Below, piece after piece: positions 21,536 to 31,836 of a stretch of DNA of 64,000 bases. Position 1 is the first letter of the stretch, and the number at the start of each line of letters is the position of its first letter. The position numbers and the translations under genes were made by a program. The stretch comes from an uncultured Dehalococcoidia bacterium. GTDB lineage: Bacteria; Chloroflexota; Dehalococcoidia; Lucifugimonadales; UBA1127. Below the pieces are notes generated by a model. The model saw nothing but the letters and a program-made list of their open reading frames with translations. It searched no databases and was not told the DNA's origin. The DNA lies in contig CAZTCW010000033.1 in assembly GCA_964612825.1 (NCBI GenBank), positions 69,638 through 133,637 of the forward strand, written 5' to 3'.

Positions 21536-21874
21536 TTAAATATCCAAACTCACAATAACTGCCGCGTTAGCCATTACCGTGGTATCAGTTCCCGCCTCAT
21601 TGGGAATTTCTAATCCTCCGTAAACCACATCGATACTTTTTTTCCCATGAGGTAAAACGTTAAGTACCTCGTCCCGATTTACCTTTTCAGGATTCCCCAC
21701 AGCAATCACTACATGTACATACATTTCTCCAGAATCCTTCCCTAGGACCCCAGAAAATCCTAAGCTATTATGCCAAATCGCATCAAACACAGCTCTTTGA
21801 GCAGCTTTAGTGTAATCCATTCCATGTAGGTCTACGCCCATACCCATTTCTAGAACACATCGTCTCAAGGCCAT
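21536..21874 (-). CDS. Small conserved protein, Lin0512-like family (tentative)
   Basis: LEMGMGVDLHGMDYTKAAQRAVFDAI resembles what I recall of the Lin0512 family. The ATG at 21874 lies 7 nt after GGAGG. Confidence 0.45.
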   Translation of the reverse strand: MALRRCVLEMGMGVDLHGMDYTKAAQRAVFDAIWHNSLGFSGVLGKDSGEMYVHVVIAVGNPEKVNRDEVLNVLPHGKKSIDVVYGGLEIPNEAGTDTTVMANAAVIVSLDI

Positions 21875-21941
21875 AAGAAAACCTCCAATTCCTAACCATG
21901 TTGTTTGGTACAAATTTCCACTTCACAAAAAATTTTAGAAC

Positions 21942-22643
21942 TCAGTTCTCTCCAGCTTGAAGTGAAAGCGGGGGAAGAAAGTCATTCAACCAAGCTGCCA
22001 AGTCCTTTAGAACTGCGGGACTAATCTCGTGTCCCATGTCGTACCCTTTGTAAAATACGTCGTATCCTTCTTCCTCAAGGAAAACCTTAGTTTGTTGTAT
22101 GCGTTCGGGAGCAATCATAGGATCCTCAAACCCTTCCGCTATGAAAATTAGCTGTTTCCGAATAGCCGGCAATAATGGGGTCAGTTCTTCAGGAGTAGGA
22201 TTAGTACTACATAGAGCAGCTAACCCAGAAAACCTTTCGGGATTACTGAGTCCACATCGATAAGCCATTTCGCCTCCCTGGGAGAACCCAATCAAAGCTG
22301 CATTTCCAGAGAGGGTGTGAAATTTCTCAATAATTTCAACAAAAAATTTTTCAACCATATCAGTGGACCGAATAACATGCTCTGGCTCACGACCCATTCC
22401 GACCGGAGGTAGCCATCCGAATCCGGATTCCCCCGTTCCCATCTGAAATCCCATTGGGGCATTGGGGAAAACATAAATGTAACCATTTTGATCAATGGAA
22501 CTGGCTAAAGGAACTAGATCTCCCATATTAGCTCCGAATCCATGGAGGAAAATCAATAACGGATAATCCCTTTCAGCTCGGTAGTCATTTGGAAGAACTG
22601 TCAAGTACCGTAGACTGTCTCCAATTTCTTCAAATATTTCCAT
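21942..22643 (-). CDS. Alpha/beta hydrolase (phospholipase/carboxylesterase family)
   Basis: LLIFLHGFGAN, the nucleophile elbow GFSQGG, and a late His (GHEI). Confidence 0.8.
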   Translation of the reverse strand: MEIFEEIGDSLRYLTVLPNDYRAERDYPLLIFLHGFGANMGDLVPLASSIDQNGYIYVFPNAPMGFQMGTGESGFGWLPPVGMGREPEHVIRSTDMVEKFFVEIIEKFHTLSGNAALIGFSQGGEMAYRCGLSNPERFSGLAALCSTNPTPEELTPLLPAIRKQLIFIAEGFEDPMIAPERIQQTKVFLEEEGYDVFYKGYDMGHEISPAVLKDLAAWLNDFLPPLSLQAGEN

Positions 22644-22782
22644 TTTTCTACCTCAACCATTCAGTCCAATGAGTCTGACATTTAAACCTAAAAAAGGTAT
22701 GATAATCTTCAGCCCGTTCATACGAAGGTTATCATAATACTTCCATTTATTGTTAAGTTTCATTGGGATAAAAGGAGGTTCA

Positions 22783-23679
22783 ATGTCATTTCATACAATA
22801 GCAATTTTGAGCCCTGGAGAAATGGGACACGCTATAGGTTCATCACTAATCAATCAAGGATTCAATGTTACCACTTTCCTGAAAGACCGAAGCCCCAGAA
22901 CCCAACAGCTGTCAAATCTCGCAGGAATTAATGATATTAAAGATTTCAATATTATGGTCACTGAAGCCGACCTAATTTTATCAATCTTAGCACCCTCCAA
23001 TGCATTAGACGTCGCGGGGCGAGTTGCGTCTGCTCTTGAGGAAACGGGCCATCAGACTATTTTCGTTGATTGCAACGCTGTTTCACCAGAAACAGCAACA
23101 AAATTGGACTCGATGATCTGCGATACTGGTAGTAAATTCATCGATGCCTCAATAGTAGGATCTCCACCGGGGAAAGGAACACCTCCTCGAATCTACGTTT
23201 CCGGCAGACAATCAGATTTAATGAAGTCACTTGATGGACCAAACATGACCGTAATTTCTCTAGGAAATTCTGTAGGTCAGGCCTCGGGCCTGAAAATGTG
23301 TTACGCTGCCTTGACAAAGGGAACTTCTGCCTTACATATCGCTCTTCTCGCTGCTGCTGAAACGATGGGTTTATCTGAAGAACTTAAGAAAGAATTGGTA
23401 TTCAGCCAATCAGAAATCTACAGGAATATGGAACGACAACTCCCAAGTATCCCCATGAACGCAGGCCGATGGGTAGGAGAAATGGAAGAAATCTCTAGAA
23501 CCTTCGAAAGGGTTGGGATTCCCGGGAATTTCCACTTAGGAGCCGCGGGAATTTTTGACCTGCTCGATAGATGCCATTTCGCGAAGGAGACCCCAGAAAA
23601 TTTTGATCGGAATCGAACACTAATGGAGACAGTATCAGTATTAGCTGATTCGCTAATGCCCCGCCCAGAATCGATTTAA
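22783..23679 (+). CDS. NAD(P)-binding oxidoreductase (6-phosphogluconate dehydrogenase-like N-domain)
   Basis: IAILSPGEMGHAIG Rossmann motif. The ATG at 22783 lies after AAAGGAGG. Confidence 0.7.
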   Translation: MSFHTIAILSPGEMGHAIGSSLINQGFNVTTFLKDRSPRTQQLSNLAGINDIKDFNIMVTEADLILSILAPSNALDVAGRVASALEETGHQTIFVDCNAVSPETATKLDSMICDTGSKFIDASIVGSPPGKGTPPRIYVSGRQSDLMKSLDGPNMTVISLGNSVGQASGLKMCYAALTKGTSALHIALLAAAETMGLSEELKKELVFSQSEIYRNMERQLPSIPMNAGRWVGEMEEISRTFERVGIPGNFHLGAAGIFDLLDRCHFAKETPENFDRNRTLMETVSVLADSLMPRPESI

Positions 23680-23746
23680 AGGACGAATACTTCAACAATG
23701 GAATCCCAACTGTTCCGCTACAATGAATTATTTAAAGGAGGCCAAA

Positions 23747-24151
23747 ATGGGGATCGTGGGATTTGACCACTGGGTAATTACTTCAGGGAACGTTGAAAGA
23801 ACAATAGAATTTTACCGAAACTTGGGATGTAAAATTATTTTTGAACAGATACCAGGACAGGAAGAAAAACGGCCCACCATTAGGATTGGGAAATACCAAA
23901 AAATCAACATTCACCCCCCTGAAACAGAAGGGAAACCTCGAATCGACACTGCGAGAATCCCCACAATCGGTAGTGCAGATTTTTGCCTTCAATGGAAAGG
24001 GACGCCTAATGCACTTGCTAATTTGTTAAAGGAAATTGGTATTACTCCAATAATTGGACCCACGCCAAAACAATGCTCCCAAGGGATCGGGCTAAGCACC
24101 TATTTTAGGGACCCAGATGGAAATTTAGTTGAGCTAACCATTTACCAATAA
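23747..24151 (+). CDS. VOC (glyoxalase/bleomycin resistance/dioxygenase) family protein
   Basis: FDHWVITSGNVERTIEFY ... FRDPDGNLVEL is typical VOC topology. The ATG at 23747 lies after AAAGGAGG. Confidence 0.75.
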   Translation: MGIVGFDHWVITSGNVERTIEFYRNLGCKIIFEQIPGQEEKRPTIRIGKYQKINIHPPETEGKPRIDTARIPTIGSADFCLQWKGTPNALANLLKEIGITPIIGPTPKQCSQGIGLSTYFRDPDGNLVELTIYQ

Positions 24152-24206
24152 GAAAGGTCGATTTCGTGGGAGAGCTATCAAAACATGCTCAATGTTTTCG
24201 AAATCG

Positions 24207-24283
24207 TGGTGCCCCCAAGGGGATTCGAACCCCTGATCTCCACCTTGAAAGGGTGGCGTCCTAGGCCGCTAGACTATAGGGGC
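24207..24283 (-). tRNA. tRNA-Glu (anticodon UUC)
   Basis: The reverse complement is GCCCCTATAGTCTAGCGGCCTAGGACGCCACCCTTTCAAGGTGGAGATCAGGGGTTCGAATCCCCTTGGGGGCACCA. It has a 7-bp acceptor stem, a CCACC/GGTGG anticodon stem, a CTTTCAA loop, a TTCGAAT T-loop and an encoded CCA. Confidence 0.93.
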
Positions 24284-24317
24284 ATGCTGGTCATGAATTT
24301 TACTTCTCGCACCAAAC

Positions 24318-25352
24318 CTATGGGTAGAGAGCTAAGGATTCTAATCCTTGAGTTTCTGGCAAGCCATACATAACGTTCAAATTTTGAATAGCCTGACCCG
24401 CTGCGCCTTTAACTAAATTATCCAAACAACTAATAACCATCAAAGTATCTGTGCGTTCATCAATAGTTGGATATAAAATACAGTCGTTATTTCCCATTGT
24501 ATGCTTAGTGGCTGGGGGGGTTTTCGCTAGCTTAACAAAAGGTTCATCATTATAAAATTCCTGGTAGATCTCGTACAAAGCTTCAGATTTCCCCCGGTTG
24601 CCAGAAAGGGCCCCGGGCTTTAGATGGGCATAGCAACTACTGAGAATTCCCCGCGTCATAGGAATAAGATGGGGCACAAACGTTACCCTACAAACACCAT
24701 CATCGGAAAATCTTCGAAGTTCTTGAGTTATTTCGGGGAGATGTCTATGACCGTTTAATGAATACGCAGCCACACTCTCGTTTACTTCAGAGAAGTGCGT
24801 CGTTAGACTCATACCCCGGCCTGCTCCAGAAACTCCTGATTTACTATCAACGATAAAACCTGGCTCCAAGATTCCCGCTTTGACCGCCGGGGCTAAGCCT
24901 AGAATTGCACTCGTAGGATAACAACCAGGATTTGCAACCAAAGATGATTTCTTCACATCATCTCTATGAAGCTCGGTTAATCCATAAACCGCCTCAGACA
25001 TATATTCAGGATATGGATGCTGGACATCATACCATTCCTCAAACTCTTCGACGTTGGTCAATCGAAAATCAGCACTGATATCAATAACCTTGATTCCATC
25101 TTTAAGTAATGGACCGCAAGTTTCAGCACTCGCTTTATGGGGTAAGGCCGAAAACACAACGTCTACACTCCCAGTGATCTCTGGTTCAATTTTCTTGTCC
25201 AACGAATTAAGGTGGGGGAAAACTTCCCCGATATGTTTCCCGACGTCACTTCGGCCCGTAACAGCAACAATTTCCGCGTCTCCATGATGAAGCAAAATTC
25301 TTGCTAGTTCTATACCTGCGTACCCAGTAACATTGATGATGCCGATTTTCAT
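24318..25352 (-). CDS. argC: N-acetyl-gamma-glutamyl-phosphate reductase
   Basis: MKIGIINVTGYAGIELARIL and the active-site block NPGCYPTS. Confidence 0.95.
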   Translation of the reverse strand: MKIGIINVTGYAGIELARILLHHGDAEIVAVTGRSDVGKHIGEVFPHLNSLDKKIEPEITGSVDVVFSALPHKASAETCGPLLKDGIKVIDISADFRLTNVEEFEEWYDVQHPYPEYMSEAVYGLTELHRDDVKKSSLVANPGCYPTSAILGLAPAVKAGILEPGFIVDSKSGVSGAGRGMSLTTHFSEVNESVAAYSLNGHRHLPEITQELRRFSDDGVCRVTFVPHLIPMTRGILSSCYAHLKPGALSGNRGKSEALYEIYQEFYNDEPFVKLAKTPPATKHTMGNNDCILYPTIDERTDTLMVISCLDNLVKGAAGQAIQNLNVMYGLPETQGLESLALYP

Positions 25353-25479
25353 GGTGTCCTTCTAAAATATTTATTTCCTTATTGACGGTAAAATGTCGGA
25401 AAAATGTTTTTTGAACACGGAAAAGTATAAGGGGATCGATTCAACGAAGCAAGTAAATGACCCTAATCTATGAGTTAGG

Positions 25480-26754
25480 TCACGAATTGTTTTGGAAGAG
25501 TTTACAAATTTCAAGTAACGAAAGAACTACCGATCTACGTTTGATCAGAGATCGGTTTGGGGGTAACCGATGATGGGTACTATTTACGGCCTGCGGAGAA
25601 GCGATCCCGATATAAACATTGCCAACTTCAATTCCTTCTAAAGGATTTGGTCCTGCAACTCCAGTTATCCCAACACCAATGTCCGCATCAAAATGGGATC
25701 TAACCCGTTGGGCCATAGATTCTGCCACCTGACCACTAACAACCCCAAATTGCCGGACCAAATCTTGGTCCACTCCGAAACCGATTTTTGCCTGTTCTGA
25801 GTAACTTACTACACCACCATGAAAGTATTGCGAACTCCCCGATATGTCGGTGATTGAACTTGCTAATAGCCCCCCAGTACATGATTCCATAACTGCTAAT
25901 GTCAAACCACGTTCCATTAACATCAAACCGACCCGCTCTTCAAGGGTTTCGTCATCGACCCCCCAAATATTAGATGAAAGTTTGGTCCGAATTTCTCGCT
26001 CCATCGGACCTAATAAACTTAATGCTTCTGCTTCATTCTTTCCGCTTACAATCATTCGAAGTTGGATACCGTCGGGTCGCGCATAAATCCCCAGATAGGG
26101 ATTTCCTAATCCGAAAAGGTGACTCACCGTTTCGCCAACCACAGATTCTGATAGGGCAAACGTTTTCAATGTTCGTGACAATACAACTGAGTCGGTCGAA
26201 AACTTTCTCAGTTTAGGAACAACTTCCGAGGACCACATAAGTTCCATTTCCGCGGGAACCCCAGGCATTGCAACGACCACACAATCATCTTTTTCGACCC
26301 ACCAACCCGGGGCCGTTCCCCTGGAGTTGGGCAAGATAGTTACGGAAGAGGTAATCGACGCCTGTTTTGCGTTACTTGGGGGCATAGCTCCCCCCCTGTT
26401 TTCAATGTACCTCCGTATCTGTTCAAGGACTTCTGGGTCCAAGGTTAATTCTTCTCCTAAAGCTTTGGCTATAGATTCTCTAGTAAGGTCATCATCCGTA
26501 GGCCCCAATCCCCCAGTAATAAACAAAATTTTGGATCTGCTCATTCCTTTATTAATTGACTTCACCATATCTTCCAAATTATCCCCAACCAATGTAATGT
26601 GGCGAATCTCAATTCCGTACGCGGAAACTTGTCGGGCGATAAATGCAGAATTAGTATCTACAATCTCTCCCATTAAAAGCTCGGTCCCAATAGCCAAAAT
26701 TTCGCCGTTCAAGAAAATCTCCAGATTTATATGATTTCTAATCACTACCGACAA
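25480..26754 (-). CDS. cinA: CinA family protein (MoCF-type domain plus nicotinamide-nucleotide amidohydrolase PncC domain)
   Basis: EILAIGTELLMGEIVDTN, GGLGPTDDDLT and the C-terminal ESCTGGLL. An alternative TTG at 26712, 6 nt after GGAG, may be the true start. Confidence 0.9.
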   Translation of the reverse strand: MSVVIRNHINLEIFLNGEILAIGTELLMGEIVDTNSAFIARQVSAYGIEIRHITLVGDNLEDMVKSINKGMSRSKILFITGGLGPTDDDLTRESIAKALGEELTLDPEVLEQIRRYIENRGGAMPPSNAKQASITSSVTILPNSRGTAPGWWVEKDDCVVVAMPGVPAEMELMWSSEVVPKLRKFSTDSVVLSRTLKTFALSESVVGETVSHLFGLGNPYLGIYARPDGIQLRMIVSGKNEAEALSLLGPMEREIRTKLSSNIWGVDDETLEERVGLMLMERGLTLAVMESCTGGLLASSITDISGSSQYFHGGVVSYSEQAKIGFGVDQDLVRQFGVVSGQVAESMAQRVRSHFDADIGVGITGVAGPNPLEGIEVGNVYIGIASPQAVNSTHHRLPPNRSLIKRRSVVLSLLEICKLFQNNS

Positions 26755-26775
26755 GATTTGGTGTCATAAACGTAA

Positions 26776-27747
26776 TTAAGAGGAAGGGTCACCTGAAACA
26801 TCTGGGGGGTCAAGAATAAGTTCAACCATCGCATCACGCCAATCTTGATTTACCGACAGAAGGTATGGCTGACCTTGAATCTTCGCGTAAAAGCCATTCC
26901 CGTTAGGATCGGGGTTACCAATCTCCACCACTACCCGTCGCCGGCTTTCCTGTACATTTGTAGGAGGGCTAAATTCGGCGTAAATAATCGTCGTTGGATC
27001 CAAAAGGCCATATTTTTCGAAATCTCCAATCGTATCCTGAAGAATGGAAAGATCTTCTGGCCCCCCAAGATAAGGAAGTACTTGATCCCATCGGTTCTGA
27101 TCTACGTACTCATTCCCTCCAGATGCATTTCTCCATCCTCTTGGGTCCTTAGTAAATTCAACTTCAGATTCTTCATGAACAACCCCAATATACAACATCC
27201 TATCTAGCGAAACTTGATAATACCATTCCGGATACGGTGGTTCTTCAGCCAAACGCGAAAGGACTTGACCCCAAGTAGCATCGACCAGATAAACTCTAGC
27301 ATCGTCTTGACGCATCGCATAATGGTAAGCGCCATCAGGAGTAACGTGACCAAGAATAACTTGAATTTTTCTTTCGCCAGTGAGTTCAACTTCTATCGTC
27401 AATTGGGGATCGTCCAATCCGTATCGCTCCGGATTACTATCGGACTCCGGGAGAACCCGTTGAGACTGAGGGCCACTAAGAAGTAATGTCATCCCTCCCC
27501 ATCGTCCTTGATCCAAAGGAAGACCTCTATCATCATCGAACCTCCAGACTCCATCCGTTCGGACAAATGCTTCTTGAAAAACTCCACTTATTACATTTAC
27601 CCTTTCTATATCCCCCATAGAGGTAGTGTAAAACCATGGAGCTTCTTCATTCCCTTCGAATGAACCTCGTGGTTCTTCAGCAAAAACCATATAACCAGCC
27701 AACAAAGAGAGGAAAACAACAAGGACAAATGTAGTTCTAATACTCAT
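26776..27747 (-). CDS. DUF4340-like secreted/anchored protein, last gene of the GldG-type ABC cluster
   Basis: N-terminal signal/anchor (TFVLVVFLSLLAGYMVFA). Its position downstream of a GldG-like gene is typical for DUF4340. Confidence 0.6.
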   Translation of the reverse strand: MSIRTTFVLVVFLSLLAGYMVFAEEPRGSFEGNEEAPWFYTTSMGDIERVNVISGVFQEAFVRTDGVWRFDDDRGLPLDQGRWGGMTLLLSGPQSQRVLPESDSNPERYGLDDPQLTIEVELTGERKIQVILGHVTPDGAYHYAMRQDDARVYLVDATWGQVLSRLAEEPPYPEWYYQVSLDRMLYIGVVHEESEVEFTKDPRGWRNASGGNEYVDQNRWDQVLPYLGGPEDLSILQDTIGDFEKYGLLDPTTIIYAEFSPPTNVQESRRRVVVEIGNPDPNGNGFYAKIQGQPYLLSVNQDWRDAMVELILDPPDVSGDPSS

Positions 27748-27758
27748 TCTTACCTTTT

Positions 27759-29438
27759 CTACCTACGACGCCACCAGGTCAACAATCCAAGGAGGGCAAC
27801 AACCAATGGAAGTATAAACCAGCTAGAATAGCGGATAATATCGAACTCATACGGCAGAACAACAAGCTCCCTAAAAGCGTAAGGCTTGGGTCGGATTGAA
27901 ATCAGCGAATAATCTTTGGCCAACCAATTCACCGAATTAAGAAACAAATCCGAATTAGAATAGGCCGAGTAAAACCGGTTACTAGCAAAATCAGAATCGC
28001 CCAACACAATGAAAGTTGTTACTTCGGAAGACTCTGAGCTTTCTACGCTCTGGCGAGATTCTTCCACAGTTCCAAGAGCTTGAACAGCGAGTCCGATTAA
28101 TAATGGCCCAGGGTTATCCTCCGCAGAACTAAACTTATCCCGCTCAGGGTCTAACGTTCCCCAACTGTTGTTACTACTCTGCGCCAACGGGATATACTGA
28201 ATCCACGGAGGAACCTTTCGAGGATCCTCTTGGAACTCCTCTAGTATTTCCACTGGGGTGGCCTGCGGAAAAAATGTTACATCTAAATTTTCAGTTATTG
28301 GATCACCTAAATAAGAAGGACGTTGTAATAAAGGAGTTCTCGGATCACCTGTGATCGATGCGTTAGGGTCAACAATGGTCTCCTTCCCGATTATTACCCC
28401 CCATTTTTCCAAAATAGCAGCAATGGTTAACGGGGGGGAGGGATCTACTAAAAATAAAGCCCTTCCACCCTTTTTTAGCCATTCTCGAACTTCAATCATT
28501 TCATCGGTAAGTAATTCACCCCTAGCCCCAGCAATTATCAACACTGCGGCGTCCTCAGGGATTTTTCCATTAAACTGAGATTCACCCAAATTCAACGCTT
28601 GAACGTCATAATTGTCAGCCAAGATTCCCCTGAAAGCGAACCCGTAGCCCTCAGTGCTAGTTTGGTCTGAATTAATTAAGTCCCGTTCATTATGCCCCGT
28701 GAGGAAATAGATCTTCTTTTGCTTTTCTCCGGTGACAATAAGAAGAGAACTAATTAGGTCCTGCTCAGATACTGGAGGGAGTGAGAGAGAAAACTGGCGA
28801 CCAGAATCGAGACCTTCAAAAATCATGACAGGATAACGAGTAATTCCATACCTTCGTGCTATCGATGGTTCAGATTCAGGGTCTACAAACCTGTAGGTAA
28901 CCTTACGGCCAGAACGTTGTTGGAATTCAAACAAGAGATTGTCAGCTTGTTGCCGAAGTAATTCTTGGTCTCGTCGCTGAGGAGTAAAGAATCCAGTTAC
29001 TCGGACCGGTTCAGGAAGTGTTTCCAAAATTGTTATCGCTCTAGGAGATAGAGTGAACTGTTGGGTGAACGTAAGATCAAATCGTTGGACATTTTGTAGG
29101 CTGATCACATTCAGGAGGACCACGATACTGGTAAAGGCGGCCAAAGTGAATAAAGCGGTCGTAACGTATCGACCTTTTTTACCCGTCACGGCTGCATAAA
29201 CGGTTGGAAAAGAACTTAGCACCGCTACGACCAATAATATTGCGCCCGCACCCATGACGGCCAAAGATGTTTGCCGTAACTCTTCAACCCACAGGAAAAT
29301 CACTCCCCCCCCTGCTATACCCACCCCACCAAGGATAGCAAATAACAAAGCCAAATTGGAAAGAAAGTTCTGAACGCGTTGCCATCGAGTAACCAAGGGT
29401 TGGGTTTGAGATTCAACCCCTGTAGGGAGTTCAGGCAT
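27759..29438 (-). CDS. GldG-like ABC-transporter auxiliary component
   Basis: 559 aa with TM segments at the N-terminus and at the extreme C-terminus (WFILPLVVALLGLLTWWRRR) and a large central domain. It follows an ABC-2 permease. Confidence 0.78.
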   Translation of the reverse strand: MPELPTGVESQTQPLVTRWQRVQNFLSNLALLFAILGGVGIAGGGVIFLWVEELRQTSLAVMGAGAILLVVAVLSSFPTVYAAVTGKKGRYVTTALFTLAAFTSIVVLLNVISLQNVQRFDLTFTQQFTLSPRAITILETLPEPVRVTGFFTPQRRDQELLRQQADNLLFEFQQRSGRKVTYRFVDPESEPSIARRYGITRYPVMIFEGLDSGRQFSLSLPPVSEQDLISSLLIVTGEKQKKIYFLTGHNERDLINSDQTSTEGYGFAFRGILADNYDVQALNLGESQFNGKIPEDAAVLIIAGARGELLTDEMIEVREWLKKGGRALFLVDPSPPLTIAAILEKWGVIIGKETIVDPNASITGDPRTPLLQRPSYLGDPITENLDVTFFPQATPVEILEEFQEDPRKVPPWIQYIPLAQSSNNSWGTLDPERDKFSSAEDNPGPLLIGLAVQALGTVEESRQSVESSESSEVTTFIVLGDSDFASNRFYSAYSNSDLFLNSVNWLAKDYSLISIRPKPYAFRELVVLPYEFDIIRYSSWFILPLVVALLGLLTWWRRR

Positions 29439-29441
29439 CCG

Positions 29442-30155
29442 TTACCTCCATCTCTTTGATTCGAGGTTTCGAAATGCCAAAAACAAGAACATCACGATAG
29501 TACTTAAATAATAAACAAGACTCCCAGTGTCTATTACCCCTCTCGCAAAACCCCGGAAATGACCGGTAAGAGAAATCTGTGCCAAAAATTGTGCAGTTTG
29601 ACCTGAAGTCACCTCTGAAGCTTGTTCCAATAAAGTTAATAACAAAAGAACCCCAAAGCCAATTACTGCGGCAACAATTTGATTATTGGTTAGAGATGAT
29701 GCCAAAAGCCCGATAGCCATCGTTGAGGCGCCATAAAGAACAAGACCCAAATAGGCCGTGAACAATGGGCCAAAATCTGGGTTTCCGTAAAAAAACAAAA
29801 ATATGATGTAAAACAATGTCAGAGAAAGTGTCACCAAAAAAATCACAATTGTAGCCAGGTATTTCCCGAGGATAATTTCCAGATCGCGCACAGGGGAAGT
29901 CATGAGTAATTCTAGAGTGCCAAGTTTCTGTTCTTCTGCTAGAAGTCTCATGGTCAAAACCGGCGACCAAAGAACGAATAGAAACAGGGAATCAGTCATC
30001 CAACCCCGAACGCTTGCCTCTGGAAATGGAGTACTCACACTTCTAACAAAAAGGTACCCCGTTATCGCCAGGAAAACCGAGGCGATTATGTAGGCCATAG
30101 GGGAGCTAAAATAGGTTCTAATTTCCTTCCAAGCTACGGCAAAGGTGTTCGACAT
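29442..30155 (-). CDS. ABC-2 type transporter permease (GldF-like)
   Basis: Six-TM-like 237-aa protein, 3 nt from both the ATPase stop and the GldG-like start. Confidence 0.8.
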   Translation of the reverse strand: MSNTFAVAWKEIRTYFSSPMAYIIASVFLAITGYLFVRSVSTPFPEASVRGWMTDSLFLFVLWSPVLTMRLLAEEQKLGTLELLMTSPVRDLEIILGKYLATIVIFLVTLSLTLFYIIFLFFYGNPDFGPLFTAYLGLVLYGASTMAIGLLASSLTNNQIVAAVIGFGVLLLLTLLEQASEVTSGQTAQFLAQISLTGHFRGFARGVIDTGSLVYYLSTIVMFLFLAFRNLESKRWR

Positions 30156-30158
30156 CGA

Positions 30159-31109
30159 TTAATTACTTCCAATCTGGGAAGTCAACTGTAAGAATATCTC
30201 TTCAAGACTCATGGAGGTCAAGTCCAACCGAAGAAGCCCCCATTGTTTCTGAATGATTAATTTTCCAATGGCTTCTCTGACATCACTCCCATGACGAGCT
30301 TCCACTGTATAACGCTCAACCCCTCCATGTTCGAAATGACGAACGTCAGTAACCTCAGGAATATCTCTTAGTGCCGTTATCACCTCATTAACAGGACCAC
30401 GAATATCAACTTCAACTCTTTCAGATCCGCTAAGCCGTTGAGAGAGATTTGCGGGTGTATCTTCAGCAACCAAAATTCCATCATGGATAATGATCAGTCG
30501 CTCACATACCAAACTTACTTCCGGAAGAATATGGGTACTTAGTAACAGGGTATGTTCTTCCCCTAGTTGTTTAATCAATTGCCGGGTCTCAACGACCTGA
30601 ATGGGGTCTATCCCAATGGTAGGTTCGTCCATAATAAGCACTTTAGGCTCGTGTAGAATAGCTTGGGCCAGGCCAACTCGTTGCCGGTATCCTTTAGATA
30701 ACTTCCCAATTATAGTTCTCCGGTAATGCTCTATACTGACCCGCTCAACAACTTCATCCACCCTCCGACGGATCCTCGCACGATCTAAGCCCCGTAGAGC
30801 CCCCATGTACGCTAGATAATCACCTACGGGCATATCTGTATACAACGGGACCGTTTCAGGGAGATATCCAATTTGCCGACGGGCTTCTAATGAATCGGTC
30901 GAAACATCGAACCCGGCAATCCTCGCTGACCCACTGGAAGGAGGCATGTAGCCAGTAAGGATTCTCATAGTTGTAGTTTTCCCTGACCCGTTGGGACCTA
31001 ACAACCCTACGATCTCCCCTTGCCCAACAGAAAATGTTACATCTTCAACCGCTAGGTAGCTGCCGTAATATTTTGTGAGGCCATTGGCCTCAATCATCAA
31101 ATTTTCCAT
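30159..31109 (-). CDS. ABC transporter ATP-binding protein (GldA-like)
   Basis: GPNGSGKTTT, LSKGYRQRVGLAQA and LIMDEPT. The Met at 31109 (MENLMIEANGL) is the more plausible start. Confidence 0.9.
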   Translation of the reverse strand: MENLMIEANGLTKYYGSYLAVEDVTFSVGQGEIVGLLGPNGSGKTTTMRILTGYMPPSSGSARIAGFDVSTDSLEARRQIGYLPETVPLYTDMPVGDYLAYMGALRGLDRARIRRRVDEVVERVSIEHYRRTIIGKLSKGYRQRVGLAQAILHEPKVLIMDEPTIGIDPIQVVETRQLIKQLGEEHTLLLSTHILPEVSLVCERLIIIHDGILVAEDTPANLSQRLSGSERVEVDIRGPVNEVITALRDIPEVTDVRHFEHGGVERYTVEARHGSDVREAIGKLIIQKQWGLLRLDLTSMSLEEIFLQLTSQIGSN

Positions 31110-31255
31110 GGTATTTTTATCGTTACATTGGAGTATTATTTTTTTCAAATTACGGCCGTATTATAGCACGGAATCCAAATTAGGCTTGAAAAATCAGACC
31201 GGCCTTAAGATAAGTTTTAAAGACCGAGCTAATTAGATCCTAACTGATATCATTT

Positions 31256-31804
31256 TTAATTCAATGGGACTCGAATAGGATCAGCTTGCTCCCAATAAAA
31301 CGAAGTTAATTCCGGATTTGGCGGTGACTCAAAGACCATCCACCCTTCAACTTGATAATTTTCCTTTAAATCGATGTTTCCCCACAAAAAGGGGATATAT
31401 CGGTTTTCTGATTCAGAACTAGCACTCACAACTTCCCTAGCGCCATAGGGATCAACTAGAAGAAAATTATTCCGTTTGTCGTCGGAAAGGTAAGCCGCCC
31501 GTTCATCCACAAACATGGTTGATCTAGCTGATCGATTATTCGCAACCACAACTTTGGCGACAAGAAGCCGATTCTGGGGGCTTTTTGGTCGAAGAACATA
31601 ATGGTCTTCTCCGACACTATAGGCCACCTCATCCACTGATTTTATCCCGCTAATAACAACCGTAAGGCTGGCACCGTAGGCAGAAGCCCCCCGGTCATAT
31701 TCCCGATAACAGCCCGATTGAATTAGAAAAAATCCGACGATAAACATAGATAGGAAACTTAGCCATAAAGCGCTATAGCGCTCAACACGAAAATACTCCC
31801 TCAT
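31256..31804 (-). CDS. Hypothetical exported protein or lipoprotein (possibly DUF4352-like)
   Basis: N-terminal hydrophobic segment ending LIQSGC, which is lipobox-like, followed by a beta-rich-looking domain. Confidence 0.45.
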   Translation of the reverse strand: MREYFRVERYSALWLSFLSMFIVGFFLIQSGCYREYDRGASAYGASLTVVISGIKSVDEVAYSVGEDHYVLRPKSPQNRLLVAKVVVANNRSARSTMFVDERAAYLSDDKRNNFLLVDPYGAREVVSASSESENRYIPFLWGNIDLKENYQVEGWMVFESPPNPELTSFYWEQADPIRVPLN

Positions 31805-31836
31805 ATTGTTACTGGCCTTTCCTGAATCTACACATC

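Noticed and set aside
24159-24206. Nested inverted repeats (CGATTTCG...CGAAATCG enclosing AAAACAT-GCTCA-ATGTTTT) as a bidirectional terminator between the VOC gene and tRNA-Glu.
   Set aside because: The G/C content of the stems is very low and the inner stem is essentially A/T only. It is plausible but too weak to call as a feature.
24152-24317. The tRNA-Glu and tRNA-Sec loci as integration sites for mobile elements.
   Set aside because: No integrase, transposase, direct repeat of the tRNA 3' end or compositional break is visible next to either tRNA. The flanking genes are ordinary metabolism.
24185-24373. A 62-aa plus-strand ORF listed in the track.
   Set aside because: It runs straight through the tRNA-Glu gene on the opposite strand and into argC, so it is an artefact of the tRNA sequence.
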